DNA of 64,000 nt from Bryobacterales bacterium (GTDB lineage Bacteria; Acidobacteriota; Terriglobia; Bryobacterales; Bryobacteraceae): assembly GCA_037916615.1 (NCBI GenBank), contig JBAIXM010000051.1, positions 10,228-74,227 of the forward strand, in the 5' to 3' direction. The notes under the pieces are model-generated. The model saw only the letters and a program-made list of their open reading frames with translations. It was not told the origin of the DNA and did not search any database. The translations under genes were made by a program, and so were the position numbers. Shown in pieces: positions 1-9,322 of the stretch (the stretch's first letter is position 1; each line of letters opens with the position of its first letter).

Positions 1-331
1 CGATCAGTTTGCGGGCGGCCTTCGGGACGGAATGACGCAGGCTTTTCGCCGATACCGTCCCGGCGGGCGATGGCGGCCCTAGGGGAGCAGACGGCTGCCG
101 GAACCACTCGATAGGGGCGCGCCCCTTCGCGTCGGTTGACGGGTCGACCAGCGCGTTCCACTGGGCCGCCGGATCCGAAGCGTACAGTTCTGTATCGGGC
201 CCATGAAGACCGGCTTCGACTTCGGCCTTGATCTGGGCAACGGTTTTGTCGTGATCCTGCGGGCGGGCGGTGGCCGTCAAAGCGGCAAAACCAAAAACAT
301 GTGCAGCGAGCGCAAGCGACTTATTTCCCAT
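1..331 (-). CDS. hypothetical secreted protein (partial, C-terminus runs off window start)
   Basis: ATG at 331-329 (minus) preceded by GGAGGTG Shine-Dalgarno (revcomp of 336-342). Translation MGNKSLALAAHVFGFAALTATARPQDHDKT... has a signal-peptide-like N-terminus. The frame stays open to the window edge. Absent from the ORF track because it has no stop in the window. Confidence 0.45.
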   Translation of the reverse strand, partial: MGNKSLALAAHVFGFAALTATARPQDHDKTVAQIKAEVEAGLHGPDTELYASDPAAQWNALVDPSTDAKGRAPIEWFRQPSAPLGPPSPAGTVSAKSLRHSVPKAARKLI

Positions 332-473
332 GGACTCACCTCCACCCTAAAGCTGCGCACGCGGGTTTCCGCCGGATCGCGGAGGTATGTCGTTGATAGG
401 AAGCAGCGCGAATCGCTGTTCACAAGCGGACAGCGTTCAAGCGGGGGAAGTCTTGTTCACGGACGGACAGCGG

Positions 474-1352
474 TCAGCTCAGAAAAATGTCCGTGGCCCA
501 GAAGACAAAGAAAATCACGCTGACGTAGCCGTTCATGGTGAAGAAGGCTGCGTCGATACGGGAAAGATCGTGGGCGCGGACCAGCCGGTGCTCCCAGGCG
601 AGCAGTCCGGCCACGGCCAGGATGCCTGCATCCGCGACCGCTCCGAGCGCGAACGAGCGGACCAGTGCAATCAGGCACGCCAGCATCCCCAAATGCAGCG
701 CTCGGGCGAACCAGAGAGCGCCCGCGATGCCCATCCGGCTCGGGATGCTGTAGAGTCCCGATTGCACATCGAAGGCGTAATCCTGGCAGGCGTAGATGAT
801 ATCGAATCCGGCGGTCCACAGGGTCACGGCGGCGGTGAGCCAAAGGATTCTGGGATCGAGCGATCCTCGCATCGCGATCCAGGCGGCCGCCGGAGCGATG
901 CCGAGAGAGAACCCCAGCACCAGGTGCGCCAGCGAAGTAAAGCGCTTGGTGAAGGAGTAGAACATCACGATCGCCAGCGCGAGCGGCGCCAGCCGCAGGC
1001 ACAAAACATTCAGGAATCCGGATGCCAGGAAGAACACGGCCGCCCAGAAGACGATGAACCCCCAGGCGAATTTCCGCGAGAGAAGCCCGGCCGGCAGATG
1101 CCGGGCTTTCGTGCGGGGATTGCGGCTGTCGATATCGGCGTCCAGGACGCGGTTAAACGCCATCGCCACGGACCGGGCCGCGACCATGGCCACCACGATC
1201 CCGCCCAGTTTGGTCCAAAGGCCCGCGCGCGAAAATCCGGCATCTCGCCAGGCCAGCAAGGCTCCCGTCAGGGCAAAAGGCAGAGCGAAGACCGAGTGCT
1301 CGAACTTGATCATTTCGAGCGTGAGCCGGACTCGCTTGAGGAATTTTGGCAA
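474..1352 (-). CDS. UbiA-family aromatic polyprenyltransferase (4-hydroxybenzoate polyprenyltransferase-like / MqnP-like)
   Basis: 292 aa polytopic membrane protein. Asp-rich motifs NRVLDADIDSRNPRT and DIIYACQDYAFD are typical of UbiA prenyltransferases. Confidence 0.85.
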   Translation of the reverse strand: MPKFLKRVRLTLEMIKFEHSVFALPFALTGALLAWRDAGFSRAGLWTKLGGIVVAMVAARSVAMAFNRVLDADIDSRNPRTKARHLPAGLLSRKFAWGFIVFWAAVFFLASGFLNVLCLRLAPLALAIVMFYSFTKRFTSLAHLVLGFSLGIAPAAAWIAMRGSLDPRILWLTAAVTLWTAGFDIIYACQDYAFDVQSGLYSIPSRMGIAGALWFARALHLGMLACLIALVRSFALGAVADAGILAVAGLLAWEHRLVRAHDLSRIDAAFFTMNGYVSVIFFVFWATDIFLS

Positions 1353-1368
1353 TCAGTTACCATTCTAG

Positions 1369-1824
1369 TTGGTGATGCGGGTTCTGATACTTTCGCTGTC
1401 CGCTGTGGCGCTCTGCGGCTGCGGGTCCAGGCAGAGCGAGATCGGCGGTCTGAACCTGACGGAAGTGACGTTTCCGAACGGTCAGAAGGTGACCGCCGAG
1501 ACCATGCTCCAGCAGATCGACCAGATGCGCGGCATGATGTTCCGCGATTCCTTGGCGAAGGATCGCGGGATGCTGTTCGTGCACACCTCAGAGGGCAATT
1601 ATCCGTATTGGATGTATCAATGCCGGATTCCGCTGGACATTCTCTGGATGAACCAGGACCGTCGGATCGTCGAGATTTCGCCCAACACGCCCCCGTGTCC
1701 TTCCAAGCTCGCGCACGAGTGCCCGAGCTTCGGCGGCCATGAGAAGGCTCGCTATGTTCTGGAACTTGCGGGCGGCGGAGCCGCGATGTACGGGCTGAAG
1801 GTCGGCGACAGTCTTAATTTTTGA
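1369..1824 (+). CDS. DUF192 domain-containing protein (secreted/lipoprotein-like)
   Basis: 151 aa with N-terminal signal/lipobox-like LSAVALCGC. The core MLFVH...YPYWMYQCRIPLDILWMN...RIVEI resembles the DUF192 family. Confidence 0.7.
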   Translation: MVMRVLILSLSAVALCGCGSRQSEIGGLNLTEVTFPNGQKVTAETMLQQIDQMRGMMFRDSLAKDRGMLFVHTSEGNYPYWMYQCRIPLDILWMNQDRRIVEISPNTPPCPSKLAHECPSFGGHEKARYVLELAGGGAAMYGLKVGDSLNF

Positions 1825-1877
1825 GTTGACAATTTGTGACTTTTCCCGCGGACAGGGTGTGATAATCTGCCCTGCGG

Positions 1878-3524
1878 ATGAAGTTCCGCCGCGCGATTCT
1901 GATTTACGCCGCGACGATGGTCGCGCCCTTGTGCGGCCTGATGTGGCTCGGTGTGCGATCCTTTGAAACCCAACGCAAGGCGCTAGCCGCTCTGCAAGCG
2001 GAAAAGCTCACAGAGGAGACCGAGAAGGCGATGCGCGGCGCGGCCGAAACAGCGCTGGCGCGCCACAACCATCCGATCGCGCAGTACTTCTTCACGATCG
2101 AACATGGCGCGGTAACTAGCCCCGCCCTGCACGCACTTCCTCCTCAGCCCGAACCCGCCGAATTCCTCGAAGCTGAGCGCCAGGAGGCGTCGCAACCCGA
2201 GGCCGCGCTGAAATCCTACCAGCGATTTCTCGCCGCGCACGATCACGAAAGCCTGGCGTTGAGCCGTATCGCGCGAGTCTTAGCGGCATTGGGACGCGCC
2301 GAGGAATCGCAAGCGGCATGGCGGAAGCTGGCCGCAGCCTATCCTGACGATCGCGATCCGTTCCACCGGCCCTACGGAATCGTGGCCGCGATCTATGCCG
2401 GCGACAGACAGGGCCTTTACGACAAGATTGCTTCGGGCCGCTGGGAACTATCCGCCGATCAGGCCGAATACTTCTTGTCGCAGCTCGATGCTGAACGGAA
2501 AACTCCGTACCTGCATCGATTTCAGTTCGCTCGCGAGTTGGACGAGCAGTTCCAGCCCCCGGGCACCCTGCGCGAGGGCGAGATCTACAGTTATTCCTTT
2601 GGCGGGCGCAGAATCTTCTACACCGGCCAGAGCGACGGCCGGATCTCAGGGTTCGCCGTGAACGTCGATTGGATTGAGCACACACTGCGCCCGCAGCTTG
2701 CCCGTGCCCTGGATCTTACGGACGCGACACAGCGCGATCTCCGCGTCTACGGAGGAGCGATCGCGGCGGTTCTCTTAATTCTGTCCGCCGGCGTGGCACT
2801 GCTGTGGCGCGATCTCTCCCGCGAGACGCGCATGAACCGGCTGCGAGCGGAGTTCGTCAGCAGCGTATCGCACGAATTGAAGACCCCGATCACGCTGATC
2901 CGGCTGTACGGAGAGACGCTTCTGCGCGGCATTGACGAGCAGCATCGGCAAGACTTCTATCGCATCATCACGCGGGAAAGCGTCCGGCTGGGGCGCCTGG
3001 TGGAAGGTGTTCTGAGATTCTCCCGGGTAGAGAGAGGCAACGAAGTCTACAACTTCGAAGAAGGCGACCTGGCGCCCGTCATCGGCCGCGTAGTGGACGA
3101 TTACCGCGAGTTTCTCGAACGTTCCGGGTTTCGACTGGAGCGGGCGCTGGTGGAATCGGGGCCTATGGTCCGCTTCGACGCGGCGGCTCTTTCGCAGGCG
3201 GTGGTGAACCTGCTCGACAACGCTGTGAAATATTCCGGCGATTCGCGCGAGGTCGCCGTCCGGCTGGCCGCGCACAACGGAAGTGTGACGTTTGAAGTGG
3301 AGGATCACGGCATCGGCATCGAGCCCGCGGAATGCGAGAAGATTTTCGAGCGCTTCTATCGCGTGGCAAACGGCAGCGGCAAGGGCGGCTACGGCCTGGG
3401 GCTGTTTCTGGTCCGGCATATCATGGAGGCCCACGGCGGCCGCGCCGAGGTCGAAAGCGAACCGGGCCGCGGGAGCCGCTTCCGGCTGATTTTTCCGGTC
3501 GTTAACCCACGAGCCACCGCATGA
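1878..3524 (+). CDS. sensor histidine kinase (two TM segments, periplasmic helical/TPR-like sensor region)
   Basis: H-box SVSHELKTPIT, N-box LLDNAVKYS, G-boxes DHGIGI and GGYGLGLFLV. Overlaps the downstream regulator by 4 nt (ATGA). Confidence 0.9.
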   Translation: MKFRRAILIYAATMVAPLCGLMWLGVRSFETQRKALAALQAEKLTEETEKAMRGAAETALARHNHPIAQYFFTIEHGAVTSPALHALPPQPEPAEFLEAERQEASQPEAALKSYQRFLAAHDHESLALSRIARVLAALGRAEESQAAWRKLAAAYPDDRDPFHRPYGIVAAIYAGDRQGLYDKIASGRWELSADQAEYFLSQLDAERKTPYLHRFQFARELDEQFQPPGTLREGEIYSYSFGGRRIFYTGQSDGRISGFAVNVDWIEHTLRPQLARALDLTDATQRDLRVYGGAIAAVLLILSAGVALLWRDLSRETRMNRLRAEFVSSVSHELKTPITLIRLYGETLLRGIDEQHRQDFYRIITRESVRLGRLVEGVLRFSRVERGNEVYNFEEGDLAPVIGRVVDDYREFLERSGFRLERALVESGPMVRFDAAALSQAVVNLLDNAVKYSGDSREVAVRLAAHNGSVTFEVEDHGIGIEPAECEKIFERFYRVANGSGKGGYGLGLFLVRHIMEAHGGRAEVESEPGRGSRFRLIFPVVNPRATA

Positions 3525-4201
3525 GCGAGCAGCGCATCCTGGTGATCGAAGACGAGCCCGATCTGCTGCGCGGCCTAGAGTTGAACCTCAAGGCGGAAGG
3601 CTACAGCGTGCTCACCGCCGCGCGCGGCGATACGGCAGTGGAGCAAGCTCTGCGCGAGCGCCCCGAATTGGTGCTGCTGGACATCATGCTGCCGGGCATG
3701 AACGGGCTCGACGTGTGCCGCGAGCTTCGCAAGAAGGGCTTCGACGCTCCTATCATCATGCTGACCGCCAAAGCCGAAGAGGTGGACCGCGTGGTGGGCC
3801 TGGAGATCGGCGCGGACGATTACATCACCAAACCGTTCGGCGTCCGCGAACTGGTGGCCCGCATTCGCGCGCGGCTGCGTAAGCATCCTGCGGAGAGCGG
3901 CTCGAGGTTGCGATTCGGTCAGGCCGAGGTGGATTTCGCCCGGCACGAAGCCTGGCACAAGGGCAAGCGGGTTGAGTTGACCGGCAAGGAGCTCGAAGTT
4001 CTGCGCCGGCTGGCGCAGCACCGCGGCGAGATCGTCACGCGCGACCGGCTGCTCGAAGAAGTCTGGGGATACGAAACCTACCCGACGACGCGCACCGTGG
4101 ACAACCACATTTTGCGGCTGCGGCAGAAGCTGGAGGAGGATCCGTCGGACCCGCGTTTCATCCTTTCGATCTACGGGGAGGGCTACAAGTTTGTTGGATA
4201 A
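3521..4201 (+). CDS. OmpR/PhoB-family response regulator
   Basis: REC motifs ILVIEDEPDL, LLDIMLPGMNG, LTAK. Winged-helix C-terminus TRTVDNHILRLRQKL. Translationally coupled to the kinase. Confidence 0.93.
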   Translation: MSEQRILVIEDEPDLLRGLELNLKAEGYSVLTAARGDTAVEQALRERPELVLLDIMLPGMNGLDVCRELRKKGFDAPIIMLTAKAEEVDRVVGLEIGADDYITKPFGVRELVARIRARLRKHPAESGSRLRFGQAEVDFARHEAWHKGKRVELTGKELEVLRRLAQHRGEIVTRDRLLEEVWGYETYPTTRTVDNHILRLRQKLEEDPSDPRFILSIYGEGYKFVG

Positions 4202-4217
4202 GAAGGCCGTAGCACTC

Positions 4218-4400
4218 TCAGAGGCGTTTTCCGATGCAGGGCTGATCTCGGGTAAGGAAGGATTTTGGCAAAGCGCCTTCGCCCACAAGTTTGAACGCCC
4301 CGAAGTCCTTACACCACGGCCCCTCGGGCACTTCGGGGTTGCCGCTGATCCAGTTCGCGAGTTGAACCATTTCATCCTCCGTGATCTCCCGGAGTCTCAA
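4218..4400 (-). CDS. hypothetical small protein or 3' remnant of the upstream ORF
   Basis: 60 aa ORF called from a TTG start. The frame is open all the way back to the TAA at 4464-4466 that ends the upstream ORF. Confidence 0.2.
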   Translation of the reverse strand: MRLREITEDEMVQLANWISGNPEVPEGPWCKDFGAFKLVGEGALPKSFLTRDQPCIGKRL

Positions 4401-4463
4401 GCGGTCTTCAAGGTGGCCGCGAACGCCCTTCGGAGGGTTCTTCCAGGCGATGTGCGGAACGGA

Positions 4464-4874
4464 TTAATCCCGATAATCCACACCAAAGATCTCCCGCTCG
4501 ATTTCTTTCCAACGCCGGTGGGAAGCCTGTGCGTCGGGCTCATTCTGGAAGGCTCGAATCGCATTTCGCAGTTTCCGCTCGCGGGCCTCGGCAACTTTAT
4601 CGACGAGCTCCGAGCCGGAGCGCAACATCGAAGCAAATTGCTGTCCCTGGAGGGCCCCTGCGGCTTCGGCGAGCGCCTGACTGCCAATCGTTCGAGCCGC
4701 TTCGACAATGCACTCCACGGGGACCAGCAACGTGCCGTCGTCCTGGAGATGACCCATCTGAAGAACCTTGTCCCCAAAGTGTGCGATCATTTCCCGCACC
4801 TCAGCCGGGGAGAGCGCGACGTCTCTCGTCGCCAACTCGCTTACGAACTGCTTGAAGGTAAGCATCCCTTCCAA
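4464..4874 (-). CDS. hypothetical protein (helical, charged)
   Basis: 136 aa ORF with protein-like composition, unlike the overlapping plus-strand ORF 4191..4994. No motif recognised. Lies in the same frame as ORF 4218..4400, separated by one TAA. Confidence 0.4.
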   Translation of the reverse strand: MEGMLTFKQFVSELATRDVALSPAEVREMIAHFGDKVLQMGHLQDDGTLLVPVECIVEAARTIGSQALAEAAGALQGQQFASMLRSGSELVDKVAEARERKLRNAIRAFQNEPDAQASHRRWKEIEREIFGVDYRD

Positions 4875-4986
4875 TCCATGGTAGCAAGCTGCCTGATGGA
4901 ACGGACAATTTTCGACAATGTTTTACTGCCCCATGACACCCTGAAAACACAAGGAACTGCATACTGGCCTGCAAGGAGCAACCACC

Positions 4987-6990
4987 ATGACTAAGAAACT
5001 CATCGCAGGCGGGATCCTCGCTGCCGCAGCCCTGGCCGTCGCGATCTTCGCCGCGGACCCGCCGCGCGAGCAGAAACTTCAGCAGGCCATCGACCTGATC
5101 GAATCGAAAGGCGACCTCGCCAAGGCGATTCCGATGTTCAAAGACGCCGCCCGCAGCTCGGATCGGGCGCTGGCGGCGCGGGCGCTGCTGCACTTGGGAC
5201 AGGCACAGGAGCGGCAGGGCGCGGACAAGGCTCGTGCGACATACGACCGCATCGTGAAGGAGTTCAGCAATCAAACGGAAACTGTAGCCGCCGCGCAGCA
5301 GCGGCTGGCGGCGCTGGGCGGGGCTTCGGAAACACTGCACGCTCAAAAATTGTTCGCGAAAAGCGACGAAATCAACTACTCCACCCTTTCGCCGGACGGA
5401 CAGTGGATCGGAGGTACCGACTGGGCCGACGGTGACCTCGTGCAGGCCAACGTCTCCACTGGCGAGAGCCGGCGATTGGTGCATGGGGCGTATGACAAGA
5501 AGCTGCCAAGTTGGGGGGAATCGCCATTTCTTTCGCCGGATCAGAAGCAGGTTGCTTACTGGTGGTTCGACTACAATGACCCCAAAGCCAACGGCCAGTT
5601 GCGGGTGATGCCGAATGAGCCTGGTGCAAAATCGCGTGCGCTCATCGACACGTCGGAAGGGTATGGTGGCAACGGTGCCTACCCGATCGGATGGTCTCCT
5701 GACGGGAAGCGTGTGCTTGCCAAGCTCGATAAAATCTCCCCGCGTCGGCGCGATATCGGATGGGTATCTGTGGCCGACGGCTCGATTCAAGTGATTAAGA
5801 CCCTCGCTCCATGGAACTCAGGGCAAGGGGTGATGCTTCGCCTTTCCCCGGACGGCCGTTACATCGCGTACTCGGGCCAGTGCCTTCAGAACTCTCCAGA
5901 CAGCTGCATCTACCTGCTTTCCGCAGATGGGGCTTCACAAACAGAACTGATACAGGGAGACGCGACTCAGGACCCGGTTTGGACTCCGGACGGCAGCCAC
6001 ATTCTTTTCACCAGCAATCGCTCCGGCTCACTAGGGCTGTGGTCGCTGGCCGTCCGGGACGGCAAGAGAGCCGGCGTTCCTTTCTTGGTGAAGCCGGAGA
6101 CCGGCATCATTCGCGCTATCGGCATGAGCCGTTCCGGAAAGTACTTTTTCAGCTACATGGCCGGTCTCAGGCAATTCTTTGTCGCCGATGTGGACCCCGC
6201 GACAGGCAAAGCTCGAGGTTCGGCCGCTCCTGAGAGCTTTGTCGGAAGCGTGCCGTCATGGTCTCGGGACGGCAAATGGCTGGCTTTTAAGCGCCTCCGC
6301 GATAGTTCCATCAACTTCAGCTTTATCATTCATAGCATGGATAAGGGCACCGAGTGGACCATCGCTTCGAATCGTCTGGGCGACAACCGGCCCGTGTGGT
6401 ACCTCGACGGCAGCGTCATGCCTAACCCGAATTGGCGAGTGAACGTGAGTAGTGGGGAGCCCGAGCAACTCACGGTGCCGTTTCGGCTGCCCCTGGGTGC
6501 GCTTTCTCCCGACGACAAACTGCTCTATTGGCGGCCCAACAATTCCCCGGAAGTCATCGAAGTCGTCGATGTCGCGACCGGGAAACCGAAGCAGACGTTC
6601 ACGGTTCCACGCGGAGTCATTCGGTTAGCCCTGAGTCCCGATGGCAAGACTCTGGCTGTCGTCGGCGGCGAGGAGGGAGCCTGGCACTTGTCACGAATTG
6701 CCGTTGACGGCTCGGGGTATCGGGAACTGTACACGGGCGTTTCTCCCGTCGATCTTGACTGGACTAAGGACGGACATTGGATTCTGTTCGCTCAACAGCA
6801 GAAGAACTCGGCCGTACAGCGGATTATGCGAATCCCGGCCGAGGGCGGCCAGCCCGAATTTACGGGAATCAGCGCTGAGGGTTTGAACTCATTACAGCTC
6901 AGCCCGGATGGGTCGAAGATCGCCTACGCGGTCAGGTTGACCGGTGAGGAAGTCTGGGCGATCGACAACGTTGTGGCCGCGCTCAGATGA
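4987..6990 (+). CDS. secreted TPR + TolB-like (PD40/WD40-like) beta-propeller repeat protein
   Basis: Signal peptide MTKKLIAGGILAAAALAVAIFA and an N-terminal TPR-like helical stretch. Repeated ...SPDG..IA/LSPDG..LA/WTPDGS.I.F... motifs are typical of PD40 repeats. Confidence 0.8.
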   Translation: MTKKLIAGGILAAAALAVAIFAADPPREQKLQQAIDLIESKGDLAKAIPMFKDAARSSDRALAARALLHLGQAQERQGADKARATYDRIVKEFSNQTETVAAAQQRLAALGGASETLHAQKLFAKSDEINYSTLSPDGQWIGGTDWADGDLVQANVSTGESRRLVHGAYDKKLPSWGESPFLSPDQKQVAYWWFDYNDPKANGQLRVMPNEPGAKSRALIDTSEGYGGNGAYPIGWSPDGKRVLAKLDKISPRRRDIGWVSVADGSIQVIKTLAPWNSGQGVMLRLSPDGRYIAYSGQCLQNSPDSCIYLLSADGASQTELIQGDATQDPVWTPDGSHILFTSNRSGSLGLWSLAVRDGKRAGVPFLVKPETGIIRAIGMSRSGKYFFSYMAGLRQFFVADVDPATGKARGSAAPESFVGSVPSWSRDGKWLAFKRLRDSSINFSFIIHSMDKGTEWTIASNRLGDNRPVWYLDGSVMPNPNWRVNVSSGEPEQLTVPFRLPLGALSPDDKLLYWRPNNSPEVIEVVDVATGKPKQTFTVPRGVIRLALSPDGKTLAVVGGEEGAWHLSRIAVDGSGYRELYTGVSPVDLDWTKDGHWILFAQQQKNSAVQRIMRIPAEGGQPEFTGISAEGLNSLQLSPDGSKIAYAVRLTGEEVWAIDNVVAALR

Positions 6991-7017
6991 AGCCGCTCCG
7001 TTTGCTGGCGAAGATGC

Positions 7018-7884
7018 CTAGGTGTGCATCCGCCTGTTGAAATAATCCCGAAGCGCGGTGTCCAGTGACGGCATCGGGGCGACGCCCAGCGATTCCATCT
7101 TCGCGTTCGAAAGCGCCGAGTACTTGGGCCGCCGCGCGGCGGTGCGGAATTCGCGTTCGTTGGTGGGCTTGAGCGGCGGATTCAGGCCGGCGGCGGCGAA
7201 AATCATCGCCGCCCAGTCGAACCAGGAAATCGGCGTTCCGCCGCCGATATGGAAAATCCCTTCTACGCCGCGCTCGACCAGATCGGCGGTGCGCGCGGCC
7301 AGCGCGGGTGCATACGTCGGCGACGCCACGTGATCCTCCACCACGCGGATCGGATCGTTCTTGGCCGCCAGCCGCAGCATCAGCTCCACGAAATTGCCGC
7401 GCGCGGTAGTCAGGCCCGCCGGGCCGAACACTCCCGAGGTCCGGATAATCAGCGGATTGTCCAGGTACGCCCGCGCATAGAGTTCGCCGGCCAGCTTCGA
7501 TACCGCATAGGCGCTGAGGGGCCGCGTCGCATCGTCTTCGCCATACGCGCGCCCGGCCCTTCCGTCGAATACGTAGTCCGTCGAGAAGTGCACCAGCCGC
7601 GCATCGGAGTTCCGGCAAGCCACGGCTAGGTTTCGCACCGCCAACGCGTTCACCTGGAAGGCAGCGAGCGGCTCCTTTTCGGCCACATCCACCTGGTTGT
7701 ACGCGGCCGCGTTCACGACCACGGCTGGATCGATCTGCGCTATCGAGTGCTCGACAGCGGCCCCGTCAGCAATATCCACTGTAGACCGGTCGAAGCAGGC
7801 AACCTCGTATCCGCGCCGCGAAAATTCTGCATTGAGCTCGACGCCAAGCTGTCCCCGGCTGCCGAACAGCGCAATCTTTTTCAC
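7018..7884 (-). CDS. rfbD: dTDP-4-dehydrorhamnose reductase
   Basis: Homology-like region starts at GTG 7884 (VKKIALFGSRGQLG Rossmann motif), then STDYVFDG and the rest of an RmlD-like sequence. The 81-codon 5' extension in the track is Arg/Cys-rich and looks like junk. Confidence 0.85.
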   Translation of the reverse strand: MKKIALFGSRGQLGVELNAEFSRRGYEVACFDRSTVDIADGAAVEHSIAQIDPAVVVNAAAYNQVDVAEKEPLAAFQVNALAVRNLAVACRNSDARLVHFSTDYVFDGRAGRAYGEDDATRPLSAYAVSKLAGELYARAYLDNPLIIRTSGVFGPAGLTTARGNFVELMLRLAAKNDPIRVVEDHVASPTYAPALAARTADLVERGVEGIFHIGGGTPISWFDWAAMIFAAAGLNPPLKPTNEREFRTAARRPKYSALSNAKMESLGVAPMPSLDTALRDYFNRRMHT

Positions 7885-7906
7885 CTTGGCGCCGCCGCCT
7901 TCACAC

Positions 7907-8281
7907 TTAGCGCCAGTTGAGAGCCGCCCAGAGAAGCAGGCCGACCGCGCCAGGAAGCAGCAATTCCGGCCAGTTGCGCCGCAGGAACCGGGCCAGCGGC
8001 CGCGAAGGCTTGGGCGGAGGGGTTTCTTCCTGGCCGGGAGCAAGCGAAGCCGCCAGGCGCGTGCGGAGCGGCGAAGGCAGACCCTGCAGCGCGCGGAGGA
8101 TCTCGTTGCGTCCCCGGCGGTCTGCAATCAGAATGGTCGCCGAATTGAACCCGTTCGTCGACTCGTCCAGTTCTTTGCGCAGCCGCTGCGGAACTTCGCT
8201 GACCGAGTGGTAGACGCGCGTGCGGTTTCCCTTAGCGATGAAAATGGTGGAGGTTTTTACAGTCACGCGGTGCATCGCCAC
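7907..8281 (-). CDS. hypothetical protein with C-terminal TM anchor
   Basis: 124 aa fitting exactly between the lysR-type gene and rfbD. C-terminal hydrophobic LLLPGAVGLLLWAALNW. No recognised domain. Confidence 0.45.
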   Translation of the reverse strand: MAMHRVTVKTSTIFIAKGNRTRVYHSVSEVPQRLRKELDESTNGFNSATILIADRRGRNEILRALQGLPSPLRTRLAASLAPGQEETPPPKPSRPLARFLRRNWPELLLPGAVGLLLWAALNWR

Positions 8282-8295
8282 AATTTCCTACCCGG

Positions 8296-9255
8296 TCAAC
8301 TCTCCGCTGGAACGGCCTTGGGCACGCGATCCCCAGGACCCGCCGGTTTCGCAGGCACGCGGACCACGGAGTCCACGGCCGCGTTCTTTAGGGTCACTTC
8401 GATAAAACCGAGCGCAGCTTTTGAGAGAGCCTTATCCTTTCTATAGATTAACGCAAGCTGCCGGACCATGGGCTCGGGCCCGAGCGAGATCGCCGCAAGC
8501 TTGCCGGAAGCCACCTCGTCGCCGCAATGGGTTCCGGCCAAAAAACTGACTCCGAGCCCCGCCAGCACAAAACGCTTGATCATCTCGGTGGAATCGAGCT
8601 CCATCGAGGAATTGATGTCCTCCTCTACCGGCTCGAGCCACACGGAAAGCCGCCGCCGCGTCGTGCCCGTCTTGGGCATCAGCAGAGGAAAACCCACCAG
8701 ATCGGCCGGAAGGATCTCGCGCCTGGTTGCCAGAGGGTGGGTGGCAGGCATGATCGCCTTGATCTCGTCGGAATGGATTTTGACCACTTGTAAGCGCTTT
8801 TCGGCAACCGGAAGCTGCGTGATTCCGAAATCGGCCTGGTTGTCGAGTACCGCCTCCACGACCCGCGCGCCGTAAGAGCGATCGACCAGAATCTGAACGT
8901 TCGGGAATTGCTTCTTGAACTCGGAAAAGACCAGCGGCAGAACGTAAATGCAAGTCGCTTCGTTGGCGGCGATGAGCAATTCGCCCCTGGGAACCCGTTC
9001 GAGCTCGTTGATCGAATCCTGGGCGCGCCGGCGGAGCTCCAGGATCTGCTCGGCGTATCCGGCGAAGATGTGGCCGGCGGGCGTGATGGCGATCTTGGTT
9101 CCCAGGCGTTCGAACAGCGGAGCGTTCAGTTCCTGCTCGAGCTGGCGGACCTGCGCGCTGACCGCGGGCTGCGTCCGGAAGCATGACTGCGCTGCTTTGG
9201 AAAAACTCTTCAGCCGGACGATCTCTAGAAATGTGTGAAGCTGATCGAGGTCCAT
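8296..9255 (-). CDS. LysR-family transcriptional regulator
   Basis: N-terminal HTH LHTFLEIVRLKSFSKAAQSCFRTQPAVSAQVRQLE plus a substrate-binding domain of typical length (319 aa). Divergent from 9323..10468. Confidence 0.92.
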   Translation of the reverse strand: MDLDQLHTFLEIVRLKSFSKAAQSCFRTQPAVSAQVRQLEQELNAPLFERLGTKIAITPAGHIFAGYAEQILELRRRAQDSINELERVPRGELLIAANEATCIYVLPLVFSEFKKQFPNVQILVDRSYGARVVEAVLDNQADFGITQLPVAEKRLQVVKIHSDEIKAIMPATHPLATRREILPADLVGFPLLMPKTGTTRRRLSVWLEPVEEDINSSMELDSTEMIKRFVLAGLGVSFLAGTHCGDEVASGKLAAISLGPEPMVRQLALIYRKDKALSKAALGFIEVTLKNAAVDSVVRVPAKPAGPGDRVPKAVPAES

Positions 9256-9297
9256 GGACAGCCCACCTTCTTCCTTGCGAGATGGGCTTGGTGCTTA

Positions 9298-9320
9298 ATG
9301 TATCTAGTTATACTAGCATT
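9298..9320. promoter_or_regulatory. candidate LysR-type operator in divergent promoter
   Basis: AATGTATCTAGTTATACTAGCATT contains the perfect inverted repeat CTAGT-TAT-ACTAG (9304-9316), flanked by AATG/CATT. It is AT-rich within a GC-rich genome and sits between the LysR gene and the divergent gene. Confidence 0.3.
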
Positions 9321-9322
9321 GC

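Noticed and set aside
387-1742. 451-aa plus-strand ORF spanning the UbiA and DUF192 loci
   Set aside because: It is antisense to, or out of frame with, two well-supported genes. Its Arg/Gly/Pro/Glu-rich composition (…RERRQPQAQNIQESGCQEEHGRPEDDEPPGE…) is typical of high-GC shadow ORFs. No motif recognised.
4191-4994. 267-aa plus-strand ORF filling the gap after the response regulator
   Set aside because: Its composition is not protein-like and no motifs were found. The minus-strand frames here give more convincing helical, charged proteins. Confidence in any gene in this pocket remains low.
7885-8127. 81-codon 5' extension of the rfbD ORF
   Set aside because: The extension is Arg/Cys-rich junk and overlaps the upstream hypothetical gene. 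RmlD-like similarity begins exactly at GTG 7884 with the Rossmann motif.
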